A DNA stretch of 64,000 bases from Nitrosopumilus sp. (GCA_965197525.1 OZ240211.1:2112001-2176000), one strand, 5' to 3'. Counted from the first letter of the stretch, positions 41,103 to 51,940 are shown. Made by a program: numbers and translations. Notes: a model not told the origin generated them from the letters alone.

Positions 41103-42770
41103 ATGACGTTTTTAGATAACTTTCCTCTAAAATATTCTCCTAGATTGATTCAAAAAGACGTCATAAACCAAGTTGAATCTGCAGTAAAATCAGGGTTTAA
41201 AAACATCTTGTTATGCGTTCCTACCGGCGTTGGAAAATCTCATATCGCAGTCGCTGTCGCAAAATCATTAGGAACATCATTTATCGTTACAGCCCAAAAA
41301 ATATTACAAGATCAATACACAAATGATTTTAGTTTCATTTATCCGATGAAGGGTAAATCGAACTTTCCATGTATTGCAAACTATGATACAAACGACATAT
41401 CATACGAACTTGCAAAAAATGATCCCAATCTCTCATGCACTCTTGGAACGTGCTCGTGGGAGGAATCCACAGAATACGGCAGCAAAAAAACTCAATATTG
41501 CAAATTCAAACCAAAGATAGGCTCTTTTCCTGTATCTGATGTGGGAACAGAGGATGAACGGATTGGTGAGCCTGATGACCAGATGTGTTACTATTACAAT
41601 CAAAAGTATCAGGCATTACACGCAACGCATGCCTTGTTTAACTATTCTTCTTACTTTCGGACCAGGCTATTTAGCCAAGGGATTGATGAGCTGCTGCAAC
41701 GAGATTGCTTGATAGCTGATGAAGCACACGAGATCGAAGATCAGATAATCGGATACATTGGATTTGATATCAGGCCGCGATTTTTAGAGGACGTTGGGAT
41801 GAAACTAGACGATTTTGTTATAGATGAGATTGACGGCATGCTGGAGTTATTGGATGGTCTGGGTACAGCATACACCAAAAAAGTCAACCGACTTGTAAGT
41901 GATGATGACAAACGTGCCCAAGCATTCAGAAGACGAAGAGACAAGATTGATACATTATTCTACGAGATCAAAGATAACCCTGAAAACTTTGTGATTCAAG
42001 AGTCAAAAGGATTCTCAGAGAATACAAAGATGGTATCAGTAAAACCAATTGAGATAGGCAAGTATGTAGGTGCATTCTTTGATCGCCCTCATCAGATCTT
42101 TATGAGTGCTACAATAAACCGTCAGATGTTTTGTAGAACCATGAACATTCCTGAAGACGATTGTGCATTTATAGAGGTGACAAAATCACCATTCCCAGTC
42201 AACAACCGCCAGATACAGTTTCACAATATCCGTAAGCTGAATTACCGATCAACTGATCAGGATTATGGTGCAATGTTTGCTAAAATCAAAGAGATTCTAG
42301 AGTTACACCCTGATGAAAAAGGATTGATTCTCACCACTACAAAGAAACAATGTGAGGATATCTCAAACTATCTGGGTGATAGGATTGTAGTTGCGCATGA
42401 GGGCGTTGATGGAAAGAGAGAGAAGATTCTAGAACATCATAGACAGACTAGGAATCCTGACGTACTTGCCTCTCCGTCATTTTGGTATGGTGTTGATCTT
42501 AAAGACGATATATCTCGTTTCCAAATCGTATTGAAGACCCCCTATCCATCTATGGGTGACAAGCGAACCAAAATCAAATCCGATCGCGATCCGTTATGGT
42601 ATCAAAACAAGACTGTGGAAAAACTATTGCAGGGTTTTGGTCGTTCTATCAGAAATGACAAGGATTATGCCGTAACCTATGTGTTAGATGGGTCGGTAAT
42701 ACAGTTACTGGAACGAATGAGAAAATTTGTTCCAAAAGCGTATTATGATTCGTTGGGGTGGGAGCGCTAA
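41103..42770 (+). CDS. DinG/XPD (Rad3-like) SF2 helicase
   Basis: 'PTGVGKS', 'KGKSNFPC', 'ADEAHEIE', 'MSATI', 'WYGVDL', 'QGFGRSIR'. Confidence 0.9.
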   Translation: MTFLDNFPLKYSPRLIQKDVINQVESAVKSGFKNILLCVPTGVGKSHIAVAVAKSLGTSFIVTAQKILQDQYTNDFSFIYPMKGKSNFPCIANYDTNDISYELAKNDPNLSCTLGTCSWEESTEYGSKKTQYCKFKPKIGSFPVSDVGTEDERIGEPDDQMCYYYNQKYQALHATHALFNYSSYFRTRLFSQGIDELLQRDCLIADEAHEIEDQIIGYIGFDIRPRFLEDVGMKLDDFVIDEIDGMLELLDGLGTAYTKKVNRLVSDDDKRAQAFRRRRDKIDTLFYEIKDNPENFVIQESKGFSENTKMVSVKPIEIGKYVGAFFDRPHQIFMSATINRQMFCRTMNIPEDDCAFIEVTKSPFPVNNRQIQFHNIRKLNYRSTDQDYGAMFAKIKEILELHPDEKGLILTTTKKQCEDISNYLGDRIVVAHEGVDGKREKILEHHRQTRNPDVLASPSFWYGVDLKDDISRFQIVLKTPYPSMGDKRTKIKSDRDPLWYQNKTVEKLLQGFGRSIRNDKDYAVTYVLDGSVIQLLERMRKFVPKAYYDSLGWER

Positions 42771-42922
42771 TCTGATCTTGATTAAAAGTCAACAGTGTGC
42801 CTAACTTGAAATGATCAAATATGTAAATATTGGCACGCCATCTTGAGATTGTTTCAAGTCCAGTTTTAATAACTCTGTGACACATTTTAAAGATACTAAC
42901 TATCTTATATGATAAACGCCTA

Positions 42923-43633
42923 ATGCGAATGTCTGATATGGTAGTTAGCTATGAGAATCTTGTACCCGAGCCTAAGAGCCGATTTGTAAACATTCTGTGC
43001 AGTTCATGTGATTCACCTAGTGTCATTTTTACCATGACAAAGAGTGTCATAAATTGTAAATTCTGTGGAAACGTCATAACAGAACCCACTGGTGGTCAGG
43101 CAAAGATTTTTGGGCGACTGCAAGACGTAGTCGATGATCTACCTCACATCCATATCAAAACCATTACACAAGATTCAAAGAAGATACTCAAAAAACTATT
43201 ACTTGATTCTATGATAATACACAAGATGACCAACAACTCATCTGGACAGATATTTGTTAATGATGTCTCCAATTACAACCTTTGTTTGATTGTCTTAGAT
43301 AGAATACTGATTGAAACCATTCACATGGAGAAACAGGAGTATGATGTCTCCCTGACTAAATCTGACATTATTGAAAAGTTAGAGAGAATAGGGCCTGTTG
43401 AAACTATTAAAGTAGATCATGCATCACTAGATATGATTGCAGCACGTGAGTTATGTGACTCTAGAAAGTATGTCAACAGCAATGACGTTGGTCTTTCAGC
43501 CACTGATTGCATGTTACTTCAAATGCATCTGAAAGGGGCAGGTGATCTGGTTACCCATGATAAGACTCTTATCAATGCTGCTGAGAGCGAAGGACGTCCA
43601 TTAACATATGATTGTGTTGTATTCCCAAATTAA
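42923..43633 (+). CDS. eS27-like zinc ribbon fused to PIN-domain nuclease
   Basis: N-term 'LVPEPKSRF...CSSC...CKFCGNVITEPTGGQAKIFG'; PIN acidic motifs 'LLLDS', 'LIET', 'LSATD', 'VTHDKTL'. Confidence 0.78.
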   Translation: MRMSDMVVSYENLVPEPKSRFVNILCSSCDSPSVIFTMTKSVINCKFCGNVITEPTGGQAKIFGRLQDVVDDLPHIHIKTITQDSKKILKKLLLDSMIIHKMTNNSSGQIFVNDVSNYNLCLIVLDRILIETIHMEKQEYDVSLTKSDIIEKLERIGPVETIKVDHASLDMIAARELCDSRKYVNSNDVGLSATDCMLLQMHLKGAGDLVTHDKTLINAAESEGRPLTYDCVVFPN

Positions 43634-43705
43634 TTATAGTATACATATATTATAATTTATATTCTGGCAATTTATGTCCGTGTCTATTTGTATTTTTCTA
43701 TAGTG

Positions 43706-44065
43706 GGTTCTGTCTAATAAATGGGAATATAGCGTAAAAATTATTTTATATAAAATCACTTTTTTAGTTTTGAAAAGAAGACAAATCATATTAGACACAT
43801 TCACATTGCAGGAAAAAGAGACGGAGATAACAACAACAAGATGGGGCGTCTAAACGGTGAGATAAGAGATTGTGAAAAAGTGTTTAGAGGTCTAAAAAAG
43901 TTTGATACGCCTCTTATTGATGGCATGAAAACATATTACAATTTCACAAAGAAACACGGGTCTTTGAAAGGAAAGACACCAGCAGAAGAAGCTATTGATT
44001 CAGAATGCGAGTTTGCACAAGCAAAATTCAGAATCAAATTTAGGTCTCTATAATCCGACAGAACC
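43706..44065 (+). mobile_element. Internally deleted IS6-like element (360 bp) with transposase C-terminal remnant
   Basis: Ends GGTTCTGTC.../...GACAGAACC; 'NNNKMGRLNGEIRD', 'YYNF.KKHGSLKGKTPAE'. Confidence 0.7.
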
Positions 44066-44080
44066 AAATTTAAAAATATT

Positions 44081-44220
44081 GTAATTGTATAGTTTTTTGA
44101 AGTTCATGACTACAATAAGAAAATTTACGCTCAAATTGCATATCTCATAAAACAGATAGTGATGATTGGTTGATATCCTGTGCGTATATTCTAGTTTACT
44201 TCAAAAAACTACACAGTCAC
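44081..44220. mobile_element. IS66-type MITE, copy 2 (140 bp), with 8-bp TSD AAAATATT
   Basis: TSD at 44073-44080 and 44221-44228. Confidence 0.88.
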
Positions 44221-44299
44221 AAAATATTTATAAACTATGCATATATTTTAGCAATATAATGATCTTTTCTAGCCTCGATTTGCACATTATGTTTCTTAA

Positions 44300-47192
44300 T
44301 TGTACTCAAAGTGCGCAAGTATCATGACTAAACGTAGCATCTCTTTTACTCTTGGCAGCCTGTTCATGCTGTCTGCGGCAATAATCTTTCTTAACTTGGG
44401 GTTGTTTGCATCAGGCACGGATTTGATAGAAGATGGCCAACATACCCACACCTTAAATTTTGTAAATATTGCACATGCCCAATCAGACGAACGTATGGAA
44501 TCTGAAACCTATCCATCACCTGCAAAGCAGCTGAAAGACGGTGTCAACATACATGACATCCAATGTAACGACTCGCGAGAACTTTACATTCGACAATCAC
44601 AAATGCCTGTCTGTCTTTATGATGAGACATTTAATTCTATGCAAGGCAGAGGTATAGAACTTACACCTGCAACTCCATCATCACTGTCATCAATTGATAT
44701 ATTTACGCCCGAAGAGACACAATGGCTGGCAGACAATCCTGTCATACGCGTCTCCTTTGATCCCGGATGGACGCCAATAGAGTACGCTGACGAATCCGGC
44801 AACCTTCAGGGCATTACTTTGGACTACATTGCAGAGTTTGAGGAAATCTCAGGTGCAGACCTGGCACCAGTCCCTGCAGCAGATACGTGGGCTGATGCAT
44901 TAATGGCAATCGAGGAGAGAAACGCAGACATCATGTACATGGTAGCCTCCACGCCTGAAAGGCTGGAATACATGAGCTTTACATCGCCACACTCGCCACA
45001 CTACGGTCAAGACTTCTATGGTGTCCCTGAGTAACACCCCTCTGAATATTGACGATGAGGGACTTAGACTTGCCACAATTAACGGCTACGCAATAGAATC
45101 GTGGCTTGATGAGAATTATCCTGATACAGAGTACGTCTCAGTAAACAATTTTGCCGAGGCCTTTGATCTTCTTGCAGTAGGCGGTGCTGATGCGTTTGCC
45201 AGCACGTGGCAGGTAGCTGTCCACCATGCAAAGATGTCCGGGGTCGGCAATGTGTACAATGCAGGCACTACAGGACACCAGTACGATCTTACCGTGGGGT
45301 ACAGAAACGACATGCCTGTTCTGGGATCCATAATGCAAAAGGTCTTGGATCAGATTCCACAGGAAAAGATTGACAGTTGGTATGATGTGTCCACATCCAC
45401 CGACGACATATACACATCCGAAGAGGTGCAATGGCTGGCAGACAATCCTGTCATACGCGTCTCCTTTGATCCCGGATGGACGCCAATAGAGTACGCTGAC
45501 GAATCCGGCAACCTTCAGGGCATTACTTTGGACTACATTGCAGAGTTTGAGGAAATCTCAGGTGCAGACCTGGCACCAGTCCCTGCAGCAGATACGTGGG
45601 CTGATGCATTAATGGCAATCGAGGAGAGAAACGCAGACATCATGTACATGGTAGCCTCCACGCCTGAAAGGCTGGAATACATGAGCTTTACATCGCCACA
45701 CTATACGGTCAAGACTTCTATGGTGTCCCTGAGTAACACCCCTCTGAATATTGACGATGAGGGACTTAGACTTGCCACAATTAACGGCTACGCAATAGAA
45801 TCGTGGCTTGATGAGAATTATCCTGATACAGAGTACGTCTCAGTAAACAATTTTGCCGAGGCCTTTGATCTTCTTGCAGCAGGCGGTGCTGATGCGTTTG
45901 CCAGCACGTGGCAGGTAGCTGTCCACCATGCAAAGATGTCCGGGGTCGGCAATGTGTACAATGCAGGCACTACAGGACACCAGTACGATCTTACCGTGGG
46001 GTACAGAAACGACATGCCTGTTCTGGGATCCATAATGCAAAAGGTCTTGGATCAGATTCCACAGGAAAAGATTGACAGTTGGTATGATGTGTCCACATCC
46101 ACCGACGACATATACACATCCGAAGAGGTGCAATGGCTGGCAGACAATCCTGTCATACGCGTCTCCTTTGATCCCGGATGGACGCCAATAGAGTACGCTG
46201 ACGAATCCGGCAACCTTCAGGGCATTACTTTGGACTACATTGCAGAGTTTGAGGAAATCTCAGGTGCAGACCTGGCACCAGTCCCTGCAGCAGATACGTG
46301 GGCTGATGCATTAATGGCAATCGAGGAGAGAAACGCAGACATCATGTACATGGTAGCCTCCACGCCTGAAAGGCTGGAATACATGAGCTTTACATCGCCA
46401 CACTATACGGTCAAAACCACCTTGGTGTCGCTAAATGACACCCCTTTGAGCATGGATGAGGAACTTAGACTTGCCACAATTAACGGCTACGCAATAGAAT
46501 CGTGGCTTGATGAGAATTATCCTGATACAGAGTACGTCTCAGTAAACAATTTTGCCGAGGCCTTTGATCTTCTTGCAGCAGGCGGTGCTGATGCGTTTGC
46601 CAGCACGTGGCAGGTAGCTGTCCACCATGCAAAGATGTCCGGGGTCGGCAATGTGTACAATGCAGGCACTACAGGACACCAGTACGATCTTACCGTGGGG
46701 TACAGAAACGACATGCCTGTTCTGGGATCCATAATGCAAAATACACTGGATCATATCCCTCAGGAAAGGATTGATTACTGGTATGATGCAGTAGCACAGA
46801 CAACAGACGACACGGCCGAACTGGAATCAACTGTAATGGGGGTCGTTGACGATACCATCGCACTGTACAACTCCGATCCCTCAAGCGCCTTTGAGAAGAT
46901 TACCTCTATGGAGTTGACCAATCCGCATTATCCATTTGTTCTTGATCCTCTTACCGCCACAGTTGTGGCACACGGCTCATTTCCTGAACGTGTAGGCGAA
47001 ACTTCCATAGCCCTTACCGAGTCAACCACACCGCTTGAGGAGATTCTCTCTAGTCTGCAGAAAGACGGCGATAGCATATGGGCAGAATACCTGTTTACAA
47101 ATCCCTCGACTGGAACAGAACAGCTAAAGCGGTCGCTGTATGTGTTGCATGACGGTTACATAATCGGATCCGGATACTATACATCGTCTTAA
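44300..47192 (+). pseudogene. Secreted/anchored protein with thaumarchaeal SPxKQ domain, three family-3 solute-binding domains and C-terminal Cache domain; frameshifted at ~44993
   Basis: ORFs 44300-45034 and 45018-47192 are one gene split by a net +7-nt change relative to the other repeat units. Confidence 0.85.
44720..46740 (+). repeat. Near-identical 702-bp tandem repeat x3
   Basis: CAATGGCTGG unit starts at 44720, 45429, 46131. Confidence 0.97.
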
Positions 47193-47345
47193 TCTCTGAT
47201 ACAAACATCTTATCAAACAGTGCTGTATTCACTCAGTTGGAAAATGTCTGGATCAATTCGATATAGAGCACAACTTGTATCCGCGTTGAGGCAGTAATAA
47301 TAATAATAATAGTAATAGTAATAGTGGCAGCAGTAACAACATAAT

Positions 47346-47567
47346 GTGATTACACTTGGCAAATTTTTTCTAGAGCGTACAATACCTGACGTTAAAAATG
47401 AGTCGGTCTTTGAACTGTTCTCAAATCTTGAAAACTATCAGAAACTATTTCCACAGCATTTTCCCTCCATCCGCATACGTTCCATCCGCATACGTTCCAT
47501 CCGCGGCAACACTCCCATATTCGAATCTTTTATATGCCTACTAGAAGGTTTTTTTGATAATGGTTAA
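47346..47567 (+). pseudogene. Truncated SRPBCC/polyketide-cyclase-like gene with 15-bp tandem repeat
   Basis: 'SVFELFSNLENYQKLFPQHFPSIRIRSIRIRSIRGN'; repeat at 47466-47504. Confidence 0.55.
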
Positions 47568-48270
47568 TCCAAGAGCATATCTTGCTGAGGCAATTTCAAC
47601 TTATGGTCTTGTATTCTTTGGGCCTCTTTCAGTAATTCTGGCAATTGCCTCCTTTGGTGAAGGCCTGACTACTCAATCAGTGTTGTTTATCTCTCTTGCG
47701 CACGGTGGTGCCATCGCTTTGATGATTTATGCATTTGGTCACATATCTGGTGCTCACATTAATCCTGCAGTCACCATACCTATGATGATCTTAAGGAAGA
47801 TTAGTATTGCAGATGGAATTGGCTATATAATTTCACAACTAGTTGGTGCAATAGCAGCAGCTGCAACACTTTGGGTAATACTGCCTGATCTTGGTGCCAA
47901 AGTCAACTTTGGAACTCAGGGAGGTCCATCTGAACTACTAAACAATAGTGTGGCATCAGGTTTTGCAGTCGAGGCAATTCTGACATTCTTCTTGGTACTG
48001 GTAATCTTTATGACTGCAGTTCATAAAAAAGCATCACCTGGATGGCATGGATTTACAATAGGCGGTATGGTATTTCTCATTCACCTGATTGCAGTGCCTC
48101 TAACTGGTGCATCAGTAAATCCTGCAAGAACATTTGGTCCTGCATTAATATCCGGATTCTGGGAGTTCCATTGGTTGTATTGGGCAGCACCTATCTTGGG
48201 TGGTATTATTGCAGGAGTATTGATGAATTATATCTATGTTAAACCTGCAGAGAAAGAGTCCTCCTCTTAA
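47560..48270 (+). CDS. Aquaporin (MIP family)
   Basis: Two NPA motifs: 'SGAHINPAVT', 'GASVNPARTFGP'. Confidence 0.96.
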   Translation: MVNPRAYLAEAISTYGLVFFGPLSVILAIASFGEGLTTQSVLFISLAHGGAIALMIYAFGHISGAHINPAVTIPMMILRKISIADGIGYIISQLVGAIAAAATLWVILPDLGAKVNFGTQGGPSELLNNSVASGFAVEAILTFFLVLVIFMTAVHKKASPGWHGFTIGGMVFLIHLIAVPLTGASVNPARTFGPALISGFWEFHWLYWAAPILGGIIAGVLMNYIYVKPAEKESSS

Positions 48271-48308
48271 TACCAACACTTTTAAAAATTTAAAATTATT
48301 TTCTTCAT

Positions 48309-48737
48309 GTGGACGACTATCTTGAACTGTTCGATATTGAATCTAAAAAACTAGACGATCAAATTAGTCATATTGCCACCATCTCTGAACCATCTACCCA
48401 AAAGATAGTAGAGCTCTACTACCAAGTTATCAATATTACATCCATGATTACTGTATTAAAACAACAGATCACTCCAGATGATAACAAGACGCAATTTGAT
48501 AAAATTACTCAAGTTGAAAATATGATATCCACAAAATTTAATCATGACATTCATCCCCAACTAGTAACAAAACTGACAAACTCTATTGAAGATACAACAA
48601 AGCGTCTACAACACTTATCTTCTGATAAACAATCTCTTGATGATATTCAACGAGATGCCAAACTCTATGAAGATTTAAGAGAAAAGATGAGTACTAGAGA
48701 ATTCGTTGTACAGCAGTATCAAAGGTCAATCTCATGA
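48309..48737 (+). CDS. Hypothetical helical protein
   Basis: 142-aa ORF. Confidence 0.7.
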   Translation: MDDYLELFDIESKKLDDQISHIATISEPSTQKIVELYYQVINITSMITVLKQQITPDDNKTQFDKITQVENMISTKFNHDIHPQLVTKLTNSIEDTTKRLQHLSSDKQSLDDIQRDAKLYEDLREKMSTREFVVQQYQRSIS

Positions 48738-49564
48738 TGGCAGTAACAACAATCGCTTCCAATCTTGTAAATCTAAAGAAGGAATTTGTATCTGTTTATC
48801 GCGGCTCAAGCCAGACTCAAGAGGTTATTCCAGTCTCAAAATCCGAATCATTCCCAATAGAATCACGTGATTTGGAATTGCTGCATCAATTTGCAACAAA
48901 GAATTCTATCTATTACAATTCGTATGAGCAGACCATTAACGGTACTCCTTGTATTGTTTATGAGGGTGATATCAACCGATACTGGCTAAACAGCATTCAG
49001 CATGATTCAAGTCATGCGCCATTCTCTCCCACTTGGATTCTCTCTGCCTATCTTTGTACCACACTTGCTCGAGAACTTGGTTATACAGAGTTAGTTGATG
49101 TTGGTTCCGGTGATGGCCGTACTGCGTTTTGTGCCAGTATACTTGGTATGACATCTCATAGTATTGAGATTGATGACACTCTAGTTAACCTTCAAAGACA
49201 CTTGTGTAGTATTGTTGATTTTAATCCGCACTGTTCTGATTCTGGTTGTTTTGATTATTTGCAGCTGAATCTATTACGCCCTGTATTTTTTATCGGCGGC
49301 CTTGCCCAAATGGGCGGTACATCTCTAGCATCTACTGTGTTGAAGCAGGTTAATTCTGTACCTGATCTGAAAAAAAATTCAGGATGGGTATTTGCAGGTA
49401 CTACATCCCAAAAATACGCAACAGACCCAAAAGGTGAATTCGGATGGGGTACGCTGATTGTAGAGAATGATTTGAAATCCATTCAGACTGTTGTGTTGCC
49501 CACTGCATGGACGTTTGGCGAACCGGACGATACGTCATATGTCTTTGCGCAGTCATACTACTGA
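48734..49564 (+). CDS. Hypothetical protein with SAM-binding-like motif
   Basis: 'LVDVGSGDGR', 'SIEID'. Confidence 0.65.
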   Translation: MMAVTTIASNLVNLKKEFVSVYRGSSQTQEVIPVSKSESFPIESRDLELLHQFATKNSIYYNSYEQTINGTPCIVYEGDINRYWLNSIQHDSSHAPFSPTWILSAYLCTTLARELGYTELVDVGSGDGRTAFCASILGMTSHSIEIDDTLVNLQRHLCSIVDFNPHCSDSGCFDYLQLNLLRPVFFIGGLAQMGGTSLASTVLKQVNSVPDLKKNSGWVFAGTTSQKYATDPKGEFGWGTLIVENDLKSIQTVVLPTAWTFGEPDDTSYVFAQSYY

Positions 49565-49604
49565 TATAGTAACCAAAATAAAGCCAAGACAGATTAAATT
49601 TTTT

Positions 49605-49679
49605 GGACTCGTTGCATAGCTTGGATAGTGCGATTGCTTGCGGAGCAATAGGTCGCCGGTTCGAATCCGGTCGGGTCCG
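49605..49679 (+). tRNA. tRNA-Arg(GCG)
   Basis: GGACTCG/CGGGTCC acceptor; ATTGC-TTGCGGA-GCAAT arm; GGTTCGAATCC; followed by a T-tract. Confidence 0.95.
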
Positions 49680-50023
49680 CTTTTTCTTTTTCTTTGTAAC
49701 TGTGATCCTATAGTATTCCAAGAATCTATGTATTGCGTATAACTATCCTGCCATGATGTTATTTGCGTGGTTTACTTTTGTTTCAAACTATCTGCAGTCG
49801 AATTTTAACTTGAACGGGATGTTTGATTCCGGGTAAAAGTCTTGGTCATCCTTTCTTATGTACTAGTACCTACGTTTTACATCTGGCCAATTCAAAGGCG
49901 AGTACTCGTCCATCCCTCATGTATCGTATTACGCTAGTGGTTTTCTTTGTTCAAAATATTTGAGCACTGTTTTTGTAGGACTTTGATATTTAGTCTGTCC
50001 AATACGTCAATAAGTGCATGGGC

Positions 50024-50410
50024 TTACGGATCCAGTCTCTTTTTGACTCTGCTAACGATTCTTTCTGCCCACTTTACAGAGTCTTGGGCATCCTTTGGTT
50101 CCATGAGATCTGGCTGGTACTCTGCTGCATTCTTTTTGTCTATTAATGAGGTAAACTGTCTCTTGATCTCACGGTACTCCTGCGGGGAAAATATCCCCTT
50201 GACAAGTGACAGCGCCTGGGTGTGGTCATCTGAGGCGCGCCTTCCCTTGTACGATGTGGTCAGCGCATCCAGTGCACTGATGGCACTGTGCACGGCACCA
50301 GTCACTGCGCTGTTGTACTTTGCATTCTGTGCTGCAAGCTTGGCCACCTCCAAAAACTCCTCTGATTTTGTGAGATAGTTTGTCGCCTCACTGGGATCAA
50401 CGTCTCTCAT
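50024..50410 (-). CDS. HEPN-domain protein (putative toxin)
   Basis: 'AVHSAISALDAL', R-X4-H 'RASDDH', 'AEYQ'. Confidence 0.85.
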   Translation of the reverse strand: MRDVDPSEATNYLTKSEEFLEVAKLAAQNAKYNSAVTGAVHSAISALDALTTSYKGRRASDDHTQALSLVKGIFSPQEYREIKRQFTSLIDKKNAAEYQPDLMEPKDAQDSVKWAERIVSRVKKRLDP

Positions 50411-51054
50411 TTCAATAGATCCTCCAGATTCCTCCCATGTACCATAGTATGGTTGCCCAGTATGGAACGTACAAGACCGCTTCTCTTTTTTAACCTTAAT
50501 TCGGACTCTGAGAAGACAATTGGGGAGATCCTGCCGTGGAATTTCGCAAATATCTCCTCACCGGCATCTGATGCTGCGGCGATGGCGCCGTCAAAATCAT
50601 CTGATATGACAAGGACGTCAATGTCGCTACCTTCCTTCTCCTGACCTTTTGGAACACTTCCAAAGATTGCAGCCGAGGTGTTTTTTCCCGCACCCAAGTA
50701 TCTTTTGAGAACCAAGATCATCTGGTCAAGTGTCCGCTCTTCGGCCTCAAACATCGGCACTATGATCCTTTTGAGGATATGGCTTTTTTCATTCAGTGAG
50801 ACTTGATGGGATCTGCCTATTGGCTGAATATGCACAACTCCAAGCTTCTCCAACTCCTTGACGGTCTTGGACACTCTGGGATGTGAGACGTGTGCATCGT
50901 GTGCCAGTCTCCTTATGGTAAATATCTTGCCCCTGTGTCTTACTAGGGTGCGAAGCACGCTGATTGAGGCCTTGCTGCCGAGTAATTGTTCCAGATATCT
51001 GTGCAGTTTCATGTATGGTAAATAATATTTCCATATGGTATTAATGTTTTCCAT
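50407..51054 (-). CDS. wHTH + minimal nucleotidyltransferase (MNT)
   Basis: HTH 'TIRRLAHDAHVSHPRVSKTV'; 'FGSVPKGQEKEGSDIDVLV'. Confidence 0.88.
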   Translation of the reverse strand: MENINTIWKYYLPYMKLHRYLEQLLGSKASISVLRTLVRHRGKIFTIRRLAHDAHVSHPRVSKTVKELEKLGVVHIQPIGRSHQVSLNEKSHILKRIIVPMFEAEERTLDQMILVLKRYLGAGKNTSAAIFGSVPKGQEKEGSDIDVLVISDDFDGAIAAASDAGEEIFAKFHGRISPIVFSESELRLKKRSGLVRSILGNHTMVHGRNLEDLLK

Positions 51055-51111
51055 ATTGATGTTTTAAACTATCTCAAAAACAAGACAATCAACTAAGATA
51101 TGGAAGTGTCT

Positions 51112-51447
51112 TATTATAGGCATGTTCCAGATAATGAACAATCTGTGATATTATTATGGTTTTACTGATATTTGTTGGAGTGGATCCTCTTTTGCAGCCC
51201 ATAAAATGAGAACGTTTTTTGCATGATCATCCATACAGTCTCCCTCATTTATTCTTCATCTCCCACTGCGATGCAAATTCTACAGGCGTCATGTATCCTA
51301 TGGCAGAGTGAATTCTTTCTTGGTTGCAGTCTGCAAAAGCGTCTACCAGGATCTTTTCGGCCTCCTGATAACTAGCAAATTCATGCGCAGCCACAAGTAT
51401 TCTTTTTTGAGAGTCTTGTGGAACGATTCCACATGACCGTTCTGTTC
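51112..51447 (-). repeat. Duplicated IS3 right end plus flank
   Basis: Near-identical to 51820-52141 with a 13-bp insertion in the IR and a small indel. Confidence 0.92.
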
Positions 51448-51940
51448 CACTATACATGCAGCAGGGACATCGTACTATGCAAGATATTTCTGCGTCTCAT
51501 ACCGGTCCGACCCTTCTGCCATACCGCGCGTAGTTAGTTGGGATTAACTTGCAGTGAAGAAAAAATTTACATACGTTCTTAAGCGTTGTTCCTGTGAGTG
51601 TTTGTTGTGTGCGTCCCTTCATTTGTGGATATCTGAAGGGATTTCACACTGTATGTTATTAAGAGACGGTATCAATTACGTTTGAATTACAGCTAAACTG
51701 ATCGTAAGGCACGCACATGCAGGATTGATCAGATCGTGTTGATTACCCATTCACGCATCTGTTGTAGGAACTTTTTCTAGAAAGTGTCCGGATCTTTAAT
51801 CAGAATAGTATGCATGTGGTATTATAGGCATGTTCCAGATAATGAACAATCTGTGATATTATTATGGTTTTACTGATATTTGTTGGAGTGGACCCCATAA
51901 AATGAGAACGTTTTTTGCATGATCATCCATACAGTCTCCC

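Noticed and set aside
44720-46740. Repeated antisense ORFs (45116-45431, 45818-46133, 46517-46754) as a gene family
   Set aside because: Shadows of the 702-bp coding repeat on the opposite strand
51450-51785. Possible coding relic between the IS3 duplicates
   Set aside because: All frames are interrupted by stops and no family could be recognised
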